DNA from: an uncultured Cryomorphaceae bacterium
Lineage (GTDB): Bacteria; Bacteroidota; Bacteroidia; Flavobacteriales_D; Cryomorphaceae
DNA length: 64,000 nt
Direction: 5' to 3'
Assembly (NCBI GenBank): GCA_963836915.1
Contig: CAWILH010000002.1
Coordinates: forward strand, 19,010-83,009
Of this stretch, positions 26,651 to 37,993 are shown in pieces. Below the pieces are notes generated by a model, which saw nothing but the letters and a program-made list of their open reading frames with translations, did no database searches and was not told where the DNA came from. The translations under genes were made by a program, and so were the position numbers. Within the stretch, counting starts at the first letter, position 1; each line of letters starts with the position of its first letter.

Positions 26651-28268
26651 ATGGAGATTGAAGCAAAGAAGGCCATAACTTTCTCAAAAAGCCTGATAGC
26701 GTATAAGGACACTGGATTTTTCTCGCCGTTGGTGCTCGATTATATAGATGATAATAAAGCCCTTGCACCATTTTATGGTCGCCGGCCGCAGCTCCATTCT
26801 TTTGAAGGGCAGCTTGAAGATAAAGCGAGATCTTACCGCCATCGAAAGGTTTTGGTAGATGCCCTGACCGACCAATATGAGCGCTCAAAACTGAAAGCTC
26901 CCGCAATAGAAAGATTAAAAAATGAAAATTGCTATACCGTAACCACCGGCCATCAGGTATGCCTATTTACGGGGCCGCTTTATTTCTTTCACAAGATTCT
27001 CAGTACGCTCAAAAGCTGCGCACTTCTTGGGCAAAAGTATCCTGAGCATGATTTTCTACCTGTATTTTGGATGGCCACCGAAGATCATGATTTTGAAGAA
27101 GCCAATCACTTTTACCTTGACGGCAAAAAGGTGGAGTGGGAGAGCGGCCAGGGCGGCGCTGTGGGAAGGATGACCACCGTAGGGCTGGAGCAAATAGCGG
27201 CAGAGCTGAAATCAGAATTTGGGATCGGCTTCCGTGCGGCTGAGCTCCATAAGTTCTTTGAAGATGCATACGTAAAAGGAAAGCATATCACCGAAGCTAC
27301 GCGGCGCTTCGTTGCACAGTCTTTTCGGAAAGCTCGGTCTGGTGTGTATCGATGGTGACGATCCTGATCTGAAGCGACTTGCAATCCCGATTTTTAAAAA
27401 AGAAATATTCGAGCATACTGCCGATACCGCGATACGTGCCACTACTACCGAACTTGAAAAACTGGGCTATAAATCTCAGGTTCATCAGCGCGAAATCAAT
27501 CTCTTCTACCTAGCTGATGAGCTGCGCGAGCGCATTGTAGAAGACGGCAACGGCTATGCGGTGCTCAATACGTCCCATCGGTTTACCAAAAAGGAATTGC
27601 TCGCCGAGCTCGAATCAAACCCCGAGCGCTTCAGTCCCAATGTGGTTTTGCGACCGGTCTACCAAGAGCTCATTCTTCCAAACCTGGCCTATATCGGCGG
27701 TGGTGGGGAGTTGGCGTATTGGTTTCAGCTGAAGGGTGTTTTTGAAGCTTTCGAGCTTCCTTTTCCCATAATTATGTTACGTAATTCGGCACTTCTCATT
27801 CCATCGGCGCTAGCCCAAAAGATGGAATCCCTAGGGATAAAAGCAGCCGATCTGTTCACCCCGGCCATCGATCTTGAGAACGTTCTGATACGCGATAATA
27901 CCAATCTCACACTGGATCTTGACAGGGAGCGTGAGCAGCTTGAAGCTACCTTTCTGGAGATGGAAGGGCGCATGCGCGAAATAGACCCGAAGCTGGAGCG
28001 ATCGGTGCAAAGTGCCTGGGCACGCACCGATCGGATGATGCGAAACCTAGAGAAAAAGATGTTGCGGGCTGAGCGCAAAAAGCAGGAAGTGATCATGGGA
28101 AGGCTTGAATCGGTGCGCGAGCTGTTGATGCCCCGCGGTGGATTGCAAGAACGTAATCTCAACTTTGCTCCGCTTTATATATGGTTTGGAGCCGGATTTA
28201 TAGAAAGCCTTTTGGAGCAATTCGATCCCTTTGAAGCCCAGTTTGCCGTTTTTACGGAATTAAGCTAA
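26651..28268 (+). CDS. bshC: Bacillithiol biosynthesis cysteine-adding enzyme; frameshift near 27312
   Basis: VTTGHQ, FWMATEDHDFEE, FSPNVVLRP, YIGGGGELAYW and LQER motifs over two ORFs. Confidence 0.92.
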
Positions 28269-28300
28269 TATCGGGTAAGGATTGTAATTCAGCTTCTACC

Positions 28301-28591
28301 TTAATAGTCGACTTCCACTTCTCCATTCGGTCCTTTCGGTACCGACATCCAATGGCTTACATCGGCAAAATAATGGTTGCTCTGCCCTTCGCCCAGCCAG
28401 AAATGGGCGCCAAATTTTTCGCGCTTCGGATTTTTCACCCCAAAAAAGTCAGCTGCAAAGCGCAAGAAGATCACGGGTACATATCGGGTCTGGCCGGTCT
28501 TTCCCGGAAGGTAGATCATGTTTTTGGGCAGGAAGGCCACTACGCGCTCCCCATCTTCCGGCAATCGATCTTCAACAGAAATCCAAGTCAT
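28301..28591 (-). CDS. DUF551-like small protein
   Basis: WISVEDRLPE...VSHWM..P pattern. Confidence 0.75.
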   Translation of the reverse strand: MTWISVEDRLPEDGERVVAFLPKNMIYLPGKTGQTRYVPVIFLRFAADFFGVKNPKREKFGAHFWLGEGQSNHYFADVSHWMSVPKGPNGEVEVDY

Positions 28592-28594
28592 CTC

Positions 28595-29299
28595 TTAATT
28601 TATCTTTTCGAATATAAGGCAATGCTGCCAAGGCAAGTTTCCAATATTACGAACTAATTTAAAGCCTGCCGCTTCCATTTCTTGCACGGCCTGCTGCTCG
28701 CTCATCTTATGTACTTCCTTGATCGGTACGGTTTTATCTTCGGCCCTGAACTCGATCAAGTAGATGGTGCCGTCGTCCTTTAGGGCGCTACTGATGCTCG
28801 CCATCATCTCTTTCGGAAAGCTAAATTCATGGTATACATCTACCATTAACACCTTGTCCATTTTGCCGGAAGGCAAGTTAACTTCTGTCTCTGAGCCCTT
28901 GATGAGCTTTATATTGTCCACTCCTTTTCGCCCAGCCCGCTTTCTTATTTCGGTGAGCATCTCTTCTTGAATATCTACTGCATATACTTCGCCTTCAGTA
29001 AGGTAGGTGGCCATTTTGAAAGCGTGGTATCCCGATCCGGCTCCTATGTCGGCTACACGGTCGGATGGTTTCAGGTTCATGTTTTCGATAAGGAGCGCTG
29101 TATTTTCTTCTTCATCGCGCTCGCTTCTATTCAGCCATTCTATACCTGCGTAGCCCATTACGGGTGCTATCTCACGTCCCATATACCACTTTCCCGATCC
29201 TTGCGGGTCGCCGGTTTTCTTAGTATATTCTTGGTTTTCTTGCGAATGTGCGCAGCCGGTAGTGGTAAGTAGGAGAATGAAAAATAAATTTTTGATCAT
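28595..29299 (-). CDS. Exported class I SAM-dependent methyltransferase
   Basis: VADIGAGSGY and AVDIQ motifs; signal/lipoprotein N-terminus from MIKNLF. Confidence 0.88.
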   Translation of the reverse strand: MIKNLFFILLLTTTGCAHSQENQEYTKKTGDPQGSGKWYMGREIAPVMGYAGIEWLNRSERDEEENTALLIENMNLKPSDRVADIGAGSGYHAFKMATYLTEGEVYAVDIQEEMLTEIRKRAGRKGVDNIKLIKGSETEVNLPSGKMDKVLMVDVYHEFSFPKEMMASISSALKDDGTIYLIEFRAEDKTVPIKEVHKMSEQQAVQEMEAAGFKLVRNIGNLPWQHCLIFEKIN

Positions 29300-29402
29300 A
29301 GGGTTCTTTTTGCAAACTTCCGCCAAAGGTATCCAGTTTTGAATTAATTTAGCGTTGCCAGATCAATCGAAAAGGTGCTCCTTTGTGGACTTTTAAAATA
29401 GT

Positions 29403-31407
29403 ATGATTAAAACTTTATTTCTTTCCAGCTTTGCTGCGGTTGTTTCGCTTACTGCGTATTGCCAGCCTTGCGAAGGTGGCCTTGCCGGCAACTTTCCGTG
29501 TGATTTTGTAGATCAACTCTCTTTTATTTCCAGAAATGATTTTGACTGCGAAGAGATGCTCGATCTATGGGGGTGAGACCAGTCCCGTGACTGGCCGTGA
29601 ATATGCATTGGTGGGGGGTAGTGATAAGACGGTTTTCGTCGATATGACTACGCCAAATCACCCCATCTATCTGGGTTTTCTACCCACGGCCACCATTGCT
29701 TCGGGATGGCGAGACCTAAAGGTCATTGGTAATTATGTTTATATCGTTTCGGAAGCTATCGGCCATGGCCTTCAAGTATTTGACCTATTGAGAATTGAAA
29801 ACTTGTTGGCTACCGAAATCCCAGTAGAATTTGATGCCGATGCCAATTATACTGATTTTGGTAACTGCCATAATGTGGCTGCCGATACTGCCAATGGGTT
29901 CATCTACGCTATAGGCTCAAATACGGTGGGCGGCGGCCTGCACATCTTAGATATAAGTGACCCCATGAATCCGGTGTTTGCAGGCAGCAGTTCGGAAGCG
30001 GGATATGTGCACGATGCGCAGATTATGACCTATACCGGCCCTGATGCAGATTATTTCGGAAGGGAGATCTGTGTAGGATTTAATGAAGATCGGCTGGTGG
30101 TGTATGACGTGACCGAAAAAACGGATATCATCGTGGTTTCGCAAAGTTTTTATGACTCTACGGGCTATACCCACCAAGGTTGGTTTACCGAAGATTTTCG
30201 ATTTCTGATCAGCAATGACGAAGTCGATGAGCTCGAATTTGATGCCGGCACCCGCAGTTTTATTTGGAATATGGAAGATCTCGACAATCCCATCTTCATG
30301 AATTCTGTCCAGCTTGGCACGGCTTCCATTGATCATAATTTATACATCAACGGCGACATGGTTTATATGTCCAATTATACCAGTGGTCTCCGCATTTTCG
30401 ACTTGCTTGATATTGCCGAAGGGCATCTTGAGCCATTCGGTTTCTTTGACGTGCTTCCGCAAACGGATGGGCCGTTCTTCTTTGGCACGTGGAGTAATTA
30501 TCCATATTTCGAGAGCGGGTTTATCCCTGTCTCGGGAATTTCTTCGGGACTGCATATCGTCAAGGCCAACTTCTTTGAACTGGAGACTGATCTGATCCTG
30601 GCTTGCGCCGAAAATTCGGTCAGCTTTGATTTTGATGTCAACCGACGACTGAATGGTGAAGTGAGCTATGCAGTGGAAATGGCTCAGCCAGCAGGGTTTG
30701 AAGTATCGCTTACCACCGGAACTTCCGATGGAGCCCCCTTTGCCAACACGGCAAGTTTTTCTGGCCTCTCGGCTTTGGCCAATGGCAATTATCCGGGCGA
30801 TGTGGTGATCACGTATGGCAGCCAAACCGTGAAGCTACCTTTCGTGATCGTCAAAAATGAGACGCTCGATGATTTTGATCTACCCGTTTTGCTCAGTCCC
30901 GAAGATGGGAGCCTCGTACCCGATCAGGAAGTGACCTTCACCTTTGATGACCCCACCCCCGGCTATGTGAAATTGCAGATCGCTACGGATGAAGAATTTG
31001 GCAATATCGTTTACGAAGCGCAGCTGTTTGGATCAAATGGCTCGGCAGCGGTGAGTTTGCCTTTCGATCTTTCCACTTATTTCTGGCGACTTGCAGAGCC
31101 ACAGGCCTGTGGTGGAGAGAGCTTTACCGATCCATCCATGTTTACGATCGATATCACAGCGAGCTTAGAAAGCTACCCCACTAGCACGATCAAGCTCTAT
31201 CCAAACCCTGCGAGCGATTTCTTGATCATAGAAAGCGAAGAATCCTTGCAGCATCTGAGAATATTTGATGTCAGCGGTCGCACTGTGTTCGAGCGGCTTA
31301 CACCAAAAGGCCAAGATCGATTTCAACTCGAACTTCATAATTTTGATCCCGGTATCTATTTTATGACTTCCAGCAGCGGCGTGGGGTTGAAGTTTGTAGT
31401 GCAGTAG
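29403..31407 (+). CDS. Choice-of-anchor B family protein with T9SS C-terminal sorting domain; frameshift near 29577
   Basis: Signal peptide at 29403, LWG(W)T.P.TGREYALVG, HDAQ, YTHQGW, HNLY motifs; C-terminal LYPNPA. Confidence 0.88.
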
Positions 31408-31434
31408 GGTTTGCGCATTTACCCTTTTTGCGAG

Positions 31435-31779
31435 TCAAAACTCATTAGCTTTCAAATAGTCTTTTAACCATTCTTGACGTTGCTTAATATTTAGTATTGT
31501 GTCATATACATTGATATGAAGCTTATTGGTGCGGCCACTGTTTGACCTAAAATAGGGAATTGGTAAATGCTCGGAAGGAGGCTGAGAAAGAAGTAAATAT
31601 CCGAAAGGAATGTAAACTTTCCTCGAAAAATCTTCCAATTGCTTTACCGTTGGTTTCGTTTCTCCTTCTATCCATTTAGTTACTTTTGGATTCTTGTCGA
31701 CAAATTCAGGTAACTCATACCCAGCCCGGTCGATGGCCCAAGTCAGCATTTCTGGTCGCACTTCTATTCTCGTGGGCAT
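31435..31779 (-). pseudogene. N-terminal XRE HTH part of an ImmA/IrrE-type protein, peptidase domain absent
   Basis: WAIDRAG...WIEGETKPTVKQLEDFSR...PFGYLLL pattern; stops after 114 aa with no HExxH. Confidence 0.65.
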
Positions 31780-32389
31780 GTCGCAAATATATGTATTCTT
31801 AAAGCGCCGCTTCGGTTTTTGCTAAGTGACAAGTTCGAGATGATTCGTTACAGCAATACCGCCTTGCTCAGCCATCGCCCCTAAATCGAAAGATTAATTG
31901 ATAGTCGTCGCCATTGGTTAACGCAAAAAGATAGATTTCATCTAAATTCTCATATGGCAGGTCAAGGTGAGAATCACGCAAGTCCAATTGGTATTTCCTT
32001 CGAGTTCACCGGTATTCACAGCCTATATTATTTGCCACTGCCTTGATCCGTAATCTAAATGTTCACATCATCCAGATTTTTGGTAAACTTTTCAAAATCA
32101 AAGTTGACTCCACCTGATTTTGAGCCACACGGCCAATTTTCCGTTCTTGATGTTAGCTGCTAGAGGGCTCTCGTCATTAAGTATGGTCGCCGATAAGCGT
32201 TCAACTACTTGCGCGGAAACTTGAAAGGTGGTTGCAAGAAATAGCGCGAAGGTAGTAATGGCTGTAGTTCTCATATTCTGTTGGTTTTTAAAGAAATACG
32301 CAAAGTCAGCTATGTAAATACTTCGCCTGCCTTAGCGAGGCCATGGAATTTCTCTCGCGTTACGAATTATTCGCTTGGCTACACCACCC

Positions 32390-33601
32390 CTAAGGCGACT
32401 GCAACGGTGCCGGAGCGCTGGAATGAAAATGCTCTTGGATCCTTGCGGTATACTGATCCAAGAGTTCGCGCACTCTTTCTGGACTCTCGCTGGCTACGAT
32501 AAGCCCGATATGCCATTTTTTGCTCATTCGCCATACCAATTCTGGATCGTTGAAGCCGGAAGTATCAGGATGCTCATAGCGGCTTAACGATACAACGATT
32601 CCGGCATGCAGCTTTTTATCTTTGGGCGGGGCATAAGATTCATTGCGCGCCATGGCCACTTCTACATGTGCCCACTCGGCCCAAAGGTTTACGCCGCTGG
32701 CTTTTTCTACCATCTCAGCGAGGTTGGCACCGCCCACGCGCGATGAGGTCTCAAGAAAAAGGTATTCGCCTGTCTCATTGGAGCGGATGAATTCGGTATG
32801 CGAAGCCGAGTACTGCATGCCAAATGCCTTTAGCACTTTTTTATTGAGCGCCGTGAGCGCCTTGTTTGACTCATCTTTCGCTTCAAGCGTAACCGACCTG
32901 AATATACCGCCGCCATGCGCCACGTCAAAGGGAGTATCGAGGTAGGCCGATATGCGGGCGAAGGCTACCTTCCCTTCCGAAGTTATGGCATCGGCGTGAA
33001 ATACCTGGCCCGGAGAGAATTTTTCTAGCAGGTAGCGGTGGCGGTCATCGCCCAGCTCTTCGAGTACCTGCCATAGTTTTTCTTCGGTGGCTATCTTTTT
33101 TATCCCCACGGCCGATGCTTCCGATCGCGGTTTGATCATCCACGGAGCGCGTACTTTCTGGCAGTATTCCTTTACCATGGCATCATTGAAAAGCGGGGTA
33201 AAGGCTGGCACGGGAATCCCTTCCAGCTGGGCTTTTACGCGCATGGCGAGCTTATCGCGGAAGTACCGGCTGGTGGTATCGCCCATTCCTGGTATCCGGA
33301 AATTTTCGCGTAAAGCGGAGACCTTTTCTACATCAAAATCATCTAAAGCTACGAAGCGGTCAAAGGCTATGCCGCGCATCTTGAAGGCAATGGCGCGGAT
33401 TAAGCTTTGCATATTCCACTTTCCGCTATGCTCTTCGTCCATATAATAGACATCTTCTAGCGCTTCCCAAGGCCAAGGTTCATCTCTCAAATGGAGCGAT
33501 GTGACAAGGTATACTTTATGGCCGCTTGCCTTGCAGGCTTTCATAAAGTCGGCTCCTTTAAAATAGGACGATACGCATAAAAAGGTGATGCTCTTTTTCA
33601 T
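32390..33601 (-). CDS. ATP-grasp domain protein
   Basis: FRDKLAMR, MIKPRSEASAVGIKK, LLEKF, HTEFI..FLETSSRVGG. Confidence 0.88.
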   Translation of the reverse strand: MKKSITFLCVSSYFKGADFMKACKASGHKVYLVTSLHLRDEPWPWEALEDVYYMDEEHSGKWNMQSLIRAIAFKMRGIAFDRFVALDDFDVEKVSALRENFRIPGMGDTTSRYFRDKLAMRVKAQLEGIPVPAFTPLFNDAMVKEYCQKVRAPWMIKPRSEASAVGIKKIATEEKLWQVLEELGDDRHRYLLEKFSPGQVFHADAITSEGKVAFARISAYLDTPFDVAHGGGIFRSVTLEAKDESNKALTALNKKVLKAFGMQYSASHTEFIRSNETGEYLFLETSSRVGGANLAEMVEKASGVNLWAEWAHVEVAMARNESYAPPKDKKLHAGIVVSLSRYEHPDTSGFNDPELVWRMSKKWHIGLIVASESPERVRELLDQYTARIQEHFHSSAPAPLQSP

Positions 33602-33610
33602 AATGGATGA

Positions 33611-35014
33611 TTAATAAGAAGCAATATCAGCATCTTCTGAGAGTTTGGTTAAAAAATCGCTTAAAAGTTGCACGCCAAATCCAGTGGCCGATTTGGTTTT
33701 GTAAAATGGGCTGTCGCCAAATGACATTCCGGGCATATCGATATGCGCCCAAGCGGTATGGCCATTAGTAAAGAATTGGAGAAATTTTGCGGCAGCTATT
33801 GAGCCGGCCACTGGCTTGAGCGGCAGGTTGGACACATCGGCCACGTCGCTGTGTATATAGGAGTCGTAATCACTCCAGAGCGGCATCGGCCAGAGTTTAT
33901 CTCCGGTCTTAAGGCCAGATTCCTGTAGGCTTTCGGCCAATTTTTTATTGTCGCTATAAAGCGCTGCGGCTTCCATGCCGAGCGCCCGCACGGAACTGCC
34001 GGTGAGGGTGGCCATATCGATCATGATCTTCGGCTTCAGGTTTTGGTTGCTCCAGCTCAGGCCATCGGCCAGTGCAAGGCGTCCTTCAGCATCGGTATCG
34101 ATCACTTCTATGGTTTTGCCGGAGTGCGACTCGATGATCTCGCCAGGGAGTACAGCATTTGCATCCACGCTATTCTCTGCCGAAGGCACGATGGTAGCGA
34201 TATTTAACTTTAGCTTAAAGCGCGCGGCCAGTTCTATCGCACCCAGCATAGCGGCCGCACCGGCCATATCGCTCTTCATATAATGCATATTGGTGGAGCC
34301 CTTGATCGAGATTCCACCGGTATCGAAGGTGATCCCTTTTCCTACCAGCGTCACATCTACTTCTTGCGAATCGGGGCGGCCATTGTATCGGCTTACGATA
34401 AATGCCGACTCATTGGCGCTGCCTCGCCCCACGGCATGAAGGGCAAATAATTTTCCCTTGATGATGTGATCTTCATTCCACACTTCGCAGCTAAAACCAA
34501 ATTTTTTGGCCGACTGCCTTGCCATAAGGCCTATCTCGTGGGGCGTTTTTAGATTCGGCGGCAGGTCTACCATTTTCATTACCCACATCTGTACTTCCGC
34601 TTCGGCGGTGGCGCGCTCGATGGCGTGAGTTAAATCCTGTTCGGCATCGATGTAAAGCACCAGTTTAGACCTCTCGGGTCGGTGGCTTTCAGAAGGCCTG
34701 ATGGCATAATCGGCCAGCGCCACTCCGCGAAGTGCGGCCGTGAGCACATCGGCACGCAGGGAGGTGACGAGCACGGGTTCGCTGCCCCAATACTTTCCGG
34801 TTTTTTGCCTGAGCAGTCGAAATTTAGCAGCTACCGCATTTAGGTTCCATTCTTTCGAGATGCAGAAGTGAATCTCACGGTGGCCATCATTGGTCTCCAC
34901 CAGCCATTCGCCCGGTTCAATTTCGGTGTAGGGCGGTTTTGACTTATCGGTATCGTACTGACAAATAATTCGGCAGGTGGCCTTTAAATCTTTCTTGAAT
35001 GCTTTAAAAATCAT
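33611..35014 (-). CDS. M17 leucyl aminopeptidase family protein
   Basis: VGKGITFDTGG, MKSDMAG, DTDAEGRL, DMATLTG and WAHID motifs. Confidence 0.93.
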   Translation of the reverse strand: MIFKAFKKDLKATCRIICQYDTDKSKPPYTEIEPGEWLVETNDGHREIHFCISKEWNLNAVAAKFRLLRQKTGKYWGSEPVLVTSLRADVLTAALRGVALADYAIRPSESHRPERSKLVLYIDAEQDLTHAIERATAEAEVQMWVMKMVDLPPNLKTPHEIGLMARQSAKKFGFSCEVWNEDHIIKGKLFALHAVGRGSANESAFIVSRYNGRPDSQEVDVTLVGKGITFDTGGISIKGSTNMHYMKSDMAGAAAMLGAIELAARFKLKLNIATIVPSAENSVDANAVLPGEIIESHSGKTIEVIDTDAEGRLALADGLSWSNQNLKPKIMIDMATLTGSSVRALGMEAAALYSDNKKLAESLQESGLKTGDKLWPMPLWSDYDSYIHSDVADVSNLPLKPVAGSIAAAKFLQFFTNGHTAWAHIDMPGMSFGDSPFYKTKSATGFGVQLLSDFLTKLSEDADIASY

Positions 35015-35907
35015 GAGTTTGAATTAAAATACAGCCAGTGCACGGCTTTTGAAAATTCTTGTCGCCAATAGTATTCGCTATGCGTTCCGTCCGAGTTAAG
35101 GGATACGTGCACGTGGATATTCTCGTAGTCCTTATTATTGCCTAGCAAGATATTCTTGAAGCGCAATAGATTGGGCAGATGGTTTGCACTTTCCCTGCCG
35201 CCGGCATAAAAATAGAGGTGCACCGGGATCTCTGGATTGAAATTTCTCGCTTGCTGAAATATTTTTGGAGCTATCCAAAGGCTGGGCGAAAAAATCATCA
35301 GTCTACTGAAAGTCTGCTGATGATTGAGCCCTGCAAAGAGACTGATCAGACCCCCCATAGAGCTGCCGCCCATACCGGTATGCTCGCGCTCGGGCTTGGT
35401 ACGAAAGCGCTTATTCACGTAAGGCAATAAGGTCTCTTCCATAAACTTTAGGTAGAGCAGGCCTTGCCCTTTTCCGATCTTAGGGTTAAAATAAGGAAGG
35501 TACTCGGTAATGCGGTCTTCACCGCCGTGATCGATGGCTATCACGATGAGTTCTGAATGGCCTTCATGTGCCAGCTTTTCCAATTCTTGGTCTATGGCCC
35601 AATTCCCGAAGGGGGCATGTTCATCATAAAGGTTTTGACCGTCATTGAGATAGAGCACGGGATAGCGCTTCTCACTCTGGTAATAGTCATGTGGGAGCAA
35701 TGCAGCTATGCGCCGCTTGCGCCCAAGTTGGGGTATCTCATAGGCTTCTTCGATTATTTCTACTATCGGGGCTAGGCTGGAGGTCACTTCCACAGAATCA
35801 AAATTAAAAGACACGAATGTACTTGAATTGAAAGTGCCGTACAACCGGTTTTTTGAACATTCTGGGCATAACGTGGCTCGAAAAAGGTTGTAGACCGCAG
35901 GAATCAA
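35011..35907 (-). CDS. Alpha/beta hydrolase, putative esterase (true start probably ~35787)
   Basis: YPVLYLNDGQN, GGSSMGG nucleophile elbow, terminal His (GTHSE). Confidence 0.85.
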   Translation of the reverse strand: MIPAVYNLFRATLCPECSKNRLYGTFNSSTFVSFNFDSVEVTSSLAPIVEIIEEAYEIPQLGRKRRIAALLPHDYYQSEKRYPVLYLNDGQNLYDEHAPFGNWAIDQELEKLAHEGHSELIVIAIDHGGEDRITEYLPYFNPKIGKGQGLLYLKFMEETLLPYVNKRFRTKPEREHTGMGGSSMGGLISLFAGLNHQQTFSRLMIFSPSLWIAPKIFQQARNFNPEIPVHLYFYAGGRESANHLPNLLRFKNILLGNNKDYENIHVHVSLNSDGTHSEYYWRQEFSKAVHWLYFNSNS

Positions 35908-35981
35908 GGGGCGGGAAGAGGCCGTCGCGAGATGAATATAAAAGTCTCAATCGCTTCGGGCCGATATCATGTCAATTTTTA

Positions 35982-35989
35982 TACATTTG
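35982..35989 (+). promoter_or_regulatory. Bacteroidota -7 promoter element
   Basis: TACATTTG upstream of the ATG at 36035. Confidence 0.5.
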
Positions 35990-36034
35990 GTCGGTATTAA
36001 AAGGTGGTATTTAACAAACTAGATTCAAAGGAAA

Positions 36035-36487
36035 ATGCAAGACAATATTCTTCCCGGTAGAGGGCTGGGGGAACTCATTTTTGGAATGACGCGCAGCGAT
36101 GTCAAGAAATTGCTTGGCGAAGCTGACGAAATAGAAGCTGGAGAAGAAAACGACGATCTGGAATATTGGCATTATGATGATCTGGAAATTTCGCTTGTTT
36201 TTGATGCCACCGAGCATAATAAGTTGAGCACCATAGTATGTGCAAATCAGACAATGACGCTTTATGGGGAGAAATTGGCAGATATGTCTAAGGATAATCT
36301 GGTAGGCCTGCTAAAGCGAAAAGGGCATAAAGCGCTCACCTTTACCGAAGATTTTGATGAAGATGTACATCTGGAAACCATCGAAGCCGACGATATTGAA
36401 ATGTTGTTTTGGCTTCGCGAAGGCGGCCTTACCGAAGTGCAGTTCGGGCCATTCTTTGTAGACGAAGGCACGATCAGTTGGCCATAA
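36035..36487 (+). CDS. Conserved acidic hypothetical protein
   Basis: 150 aa ORF, ILPGRGLGELIFGMTR..V pattern, has its own promoter motif. Confidence 0.7.
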   Translation: MQDNILPGRGLGELIFGMTRSDVKKLLGEADEIEAGEENDDLEYWHYDDLEISLVFDATEHNKLSTIVCANQTMTLYGEKLADMSKDNLVGLLKRKGHKALTFTEDFDEDVHLETIEADDIEMLFWLREGGLTEVQFGPFFVDEGTISWP

Positions 36488-36497
36488 AAAGGGAGTA

Positions 36498-37190
36498 ATG
36501 AGAGCTACAGGGCTATTTATTTTGTTCTCGCTTTTCTCAAGCTGGGCATTTGCTCAAGAAGAAGCGGGAGATAGAAAGCCCGGCCGTAGCGATTATTATA
36601 CCATAGCGCCATTGGCAGCCATCCCGATTTCAGAATACGCTTCGGATGATAGGTTATCGCGCGATGCAGGCTTTGCCCAGCAGGGATTTGGTATCGAACT
36701 TTCCTACGCCGAATTCTTGACCAATTCCCCAGCCTTTATTCATTTAAACCTTGGTTTTTTTGCCAATAAAACTGTGGGCTATTCCGATGCCGTTGCTTAC
36801 GCAAATAGTATCTCTGGCAATGACTATTCCGTAGATAGAGATCCGTTTTTTCTTAATCTTCCCATCACGGCCGGTTTGGGTTTGGGTACGCAAACTAGAA
36901 TGCACGATGTCTATCTCAAAGTGGCCGGTGGTCTCAACATTACCAAGCTCACCGAAGCTACGATCAACGTAGAAAGGGAGGCAAAGCCTTATTCTTCTAT
37001 AGGCTTCAGCCCCTGTTTCGGGAGTGAGATAGGCTATATTTACAAAGGTGTATTCAATGTGGCGGCGTCTTATTTTAACTCACCGAATGCTGTTTTTAAT
37101 ATCAAAGAAGGCAGCCGCGACTTTAGTTTAAACTCCAATTATACCATCGAAGTGATCCATATCAAGCTGGGGATAATCTTGGGGTATTAA
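36498..37190 (+). CDS. Outer-membrane beta-barrel-like protein
   Basis: Signal peptide, alternating beta strands, C-terminal aromatic residue (GIILGY). Confidence 0.65.
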   Translation: MRATGLFILFSLFSSWAFAQEEAGDRKPGRSDYYTIAPLAAIPISEYASDDRLSRDAGFAQQGFGIELSYAEFLTNSPAFIHLNLGFFANKTVGYSDAVAYANSISGNDYSVDRDPFFLNLPITAGLGLGTQTRMHDVYLKVAGGLNITKLTEATINVEREAKPYSSIGFSPCFGSEIGYIYKGVFNVAASYFNSPNAVFNIKEGSRDFSLNSNYTIEVIHIKLGIILGY

Positions 37191-37282
37191 TTGGCAGTCA
37201 AAGATTTCGTTTGATTCAAATACCTTTCGAAGTCTCCAACGGTCAATATCATCTTACCTGTCGCCTTGCCAAATTATAGCTG

Positions 37283-37988
37283 TTAAGCCCTTATCCTTTT
37301 TGACTTCTTGAGATAGCGCGTACCGAGATAGATCAAAAGTAAAATCGGTAAGGCCAGGAAAAGTGGCCATTTATAGGCTTCGTAGGCATCTTGTGAAGGC
37401 AGGCGATAGAGCGTTTTTAAAATCACAAGTACCGCACCCGAGAGCCAGATATAGGCAGAAGTATATTCCTTTACGATGACCCGCGCCCAGTTAAATTCCA
37501 TGGAGCCCATGGTTTCGCTCAAGCCCTTCAGCTTTGGAAACCAACGGTTGGTATCGGCGCAATACCGGTCAAAGGCTTCCCCAAATTTATTCCTGAGAAA
37601 ATTCTCTTCGGCACGTATGATGGCCTGATAGAAAATGATAAAAAGTGGCGAGAGTATCAGGTTGAACAATAAGGTATTGCTCATTATGCCCAAGCCGACC
37701 AAGATCAAAACGTTTCCGACATAGAGCGGATTTCGCGTATGCGCAAAAAGCCCAGTGGTTATAAGGTCTTCTGCGTATACCCTGCGGTTTTTCCCACCCC
37801 GTATGATGTATTTAAGGCCGATGGTGGCTATCCGGCATATTTGCCCGATAAGGGCTACCAAAAAACCTAAGACCAATGCTACCTTATAATTCCCAAAAAG
37901 ATGTGGGCCGGGGACGAAAAGAAATAGATAGAAAAAGAGGGAAGAGATAATTGCGATAGTGAAAGATGAAATTGCCGAATTTTACCAT
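37283..37988 (-). CDS. Isoprenylcysteine carboxyl methyltransferase (ICMT/PEMT)-family membrane protein; frameshift near the 5' end
   Basis: LITTGLFAHTRNPLYVGN and AEENFL motifs. The N-terminus MVKFGNFIFHYRNYLFP starts at 37988 in another frame. Confidence 0.8.
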
Positions 37989-37993
37989 TGTCT

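Noticed and set aside
29575-29580. TGA readthrough/selenocysteine in the choice-of-anchor B gene
   Set aside because: The downstream homology continues in a different frame, so this is an indel and not an in-frame stop.
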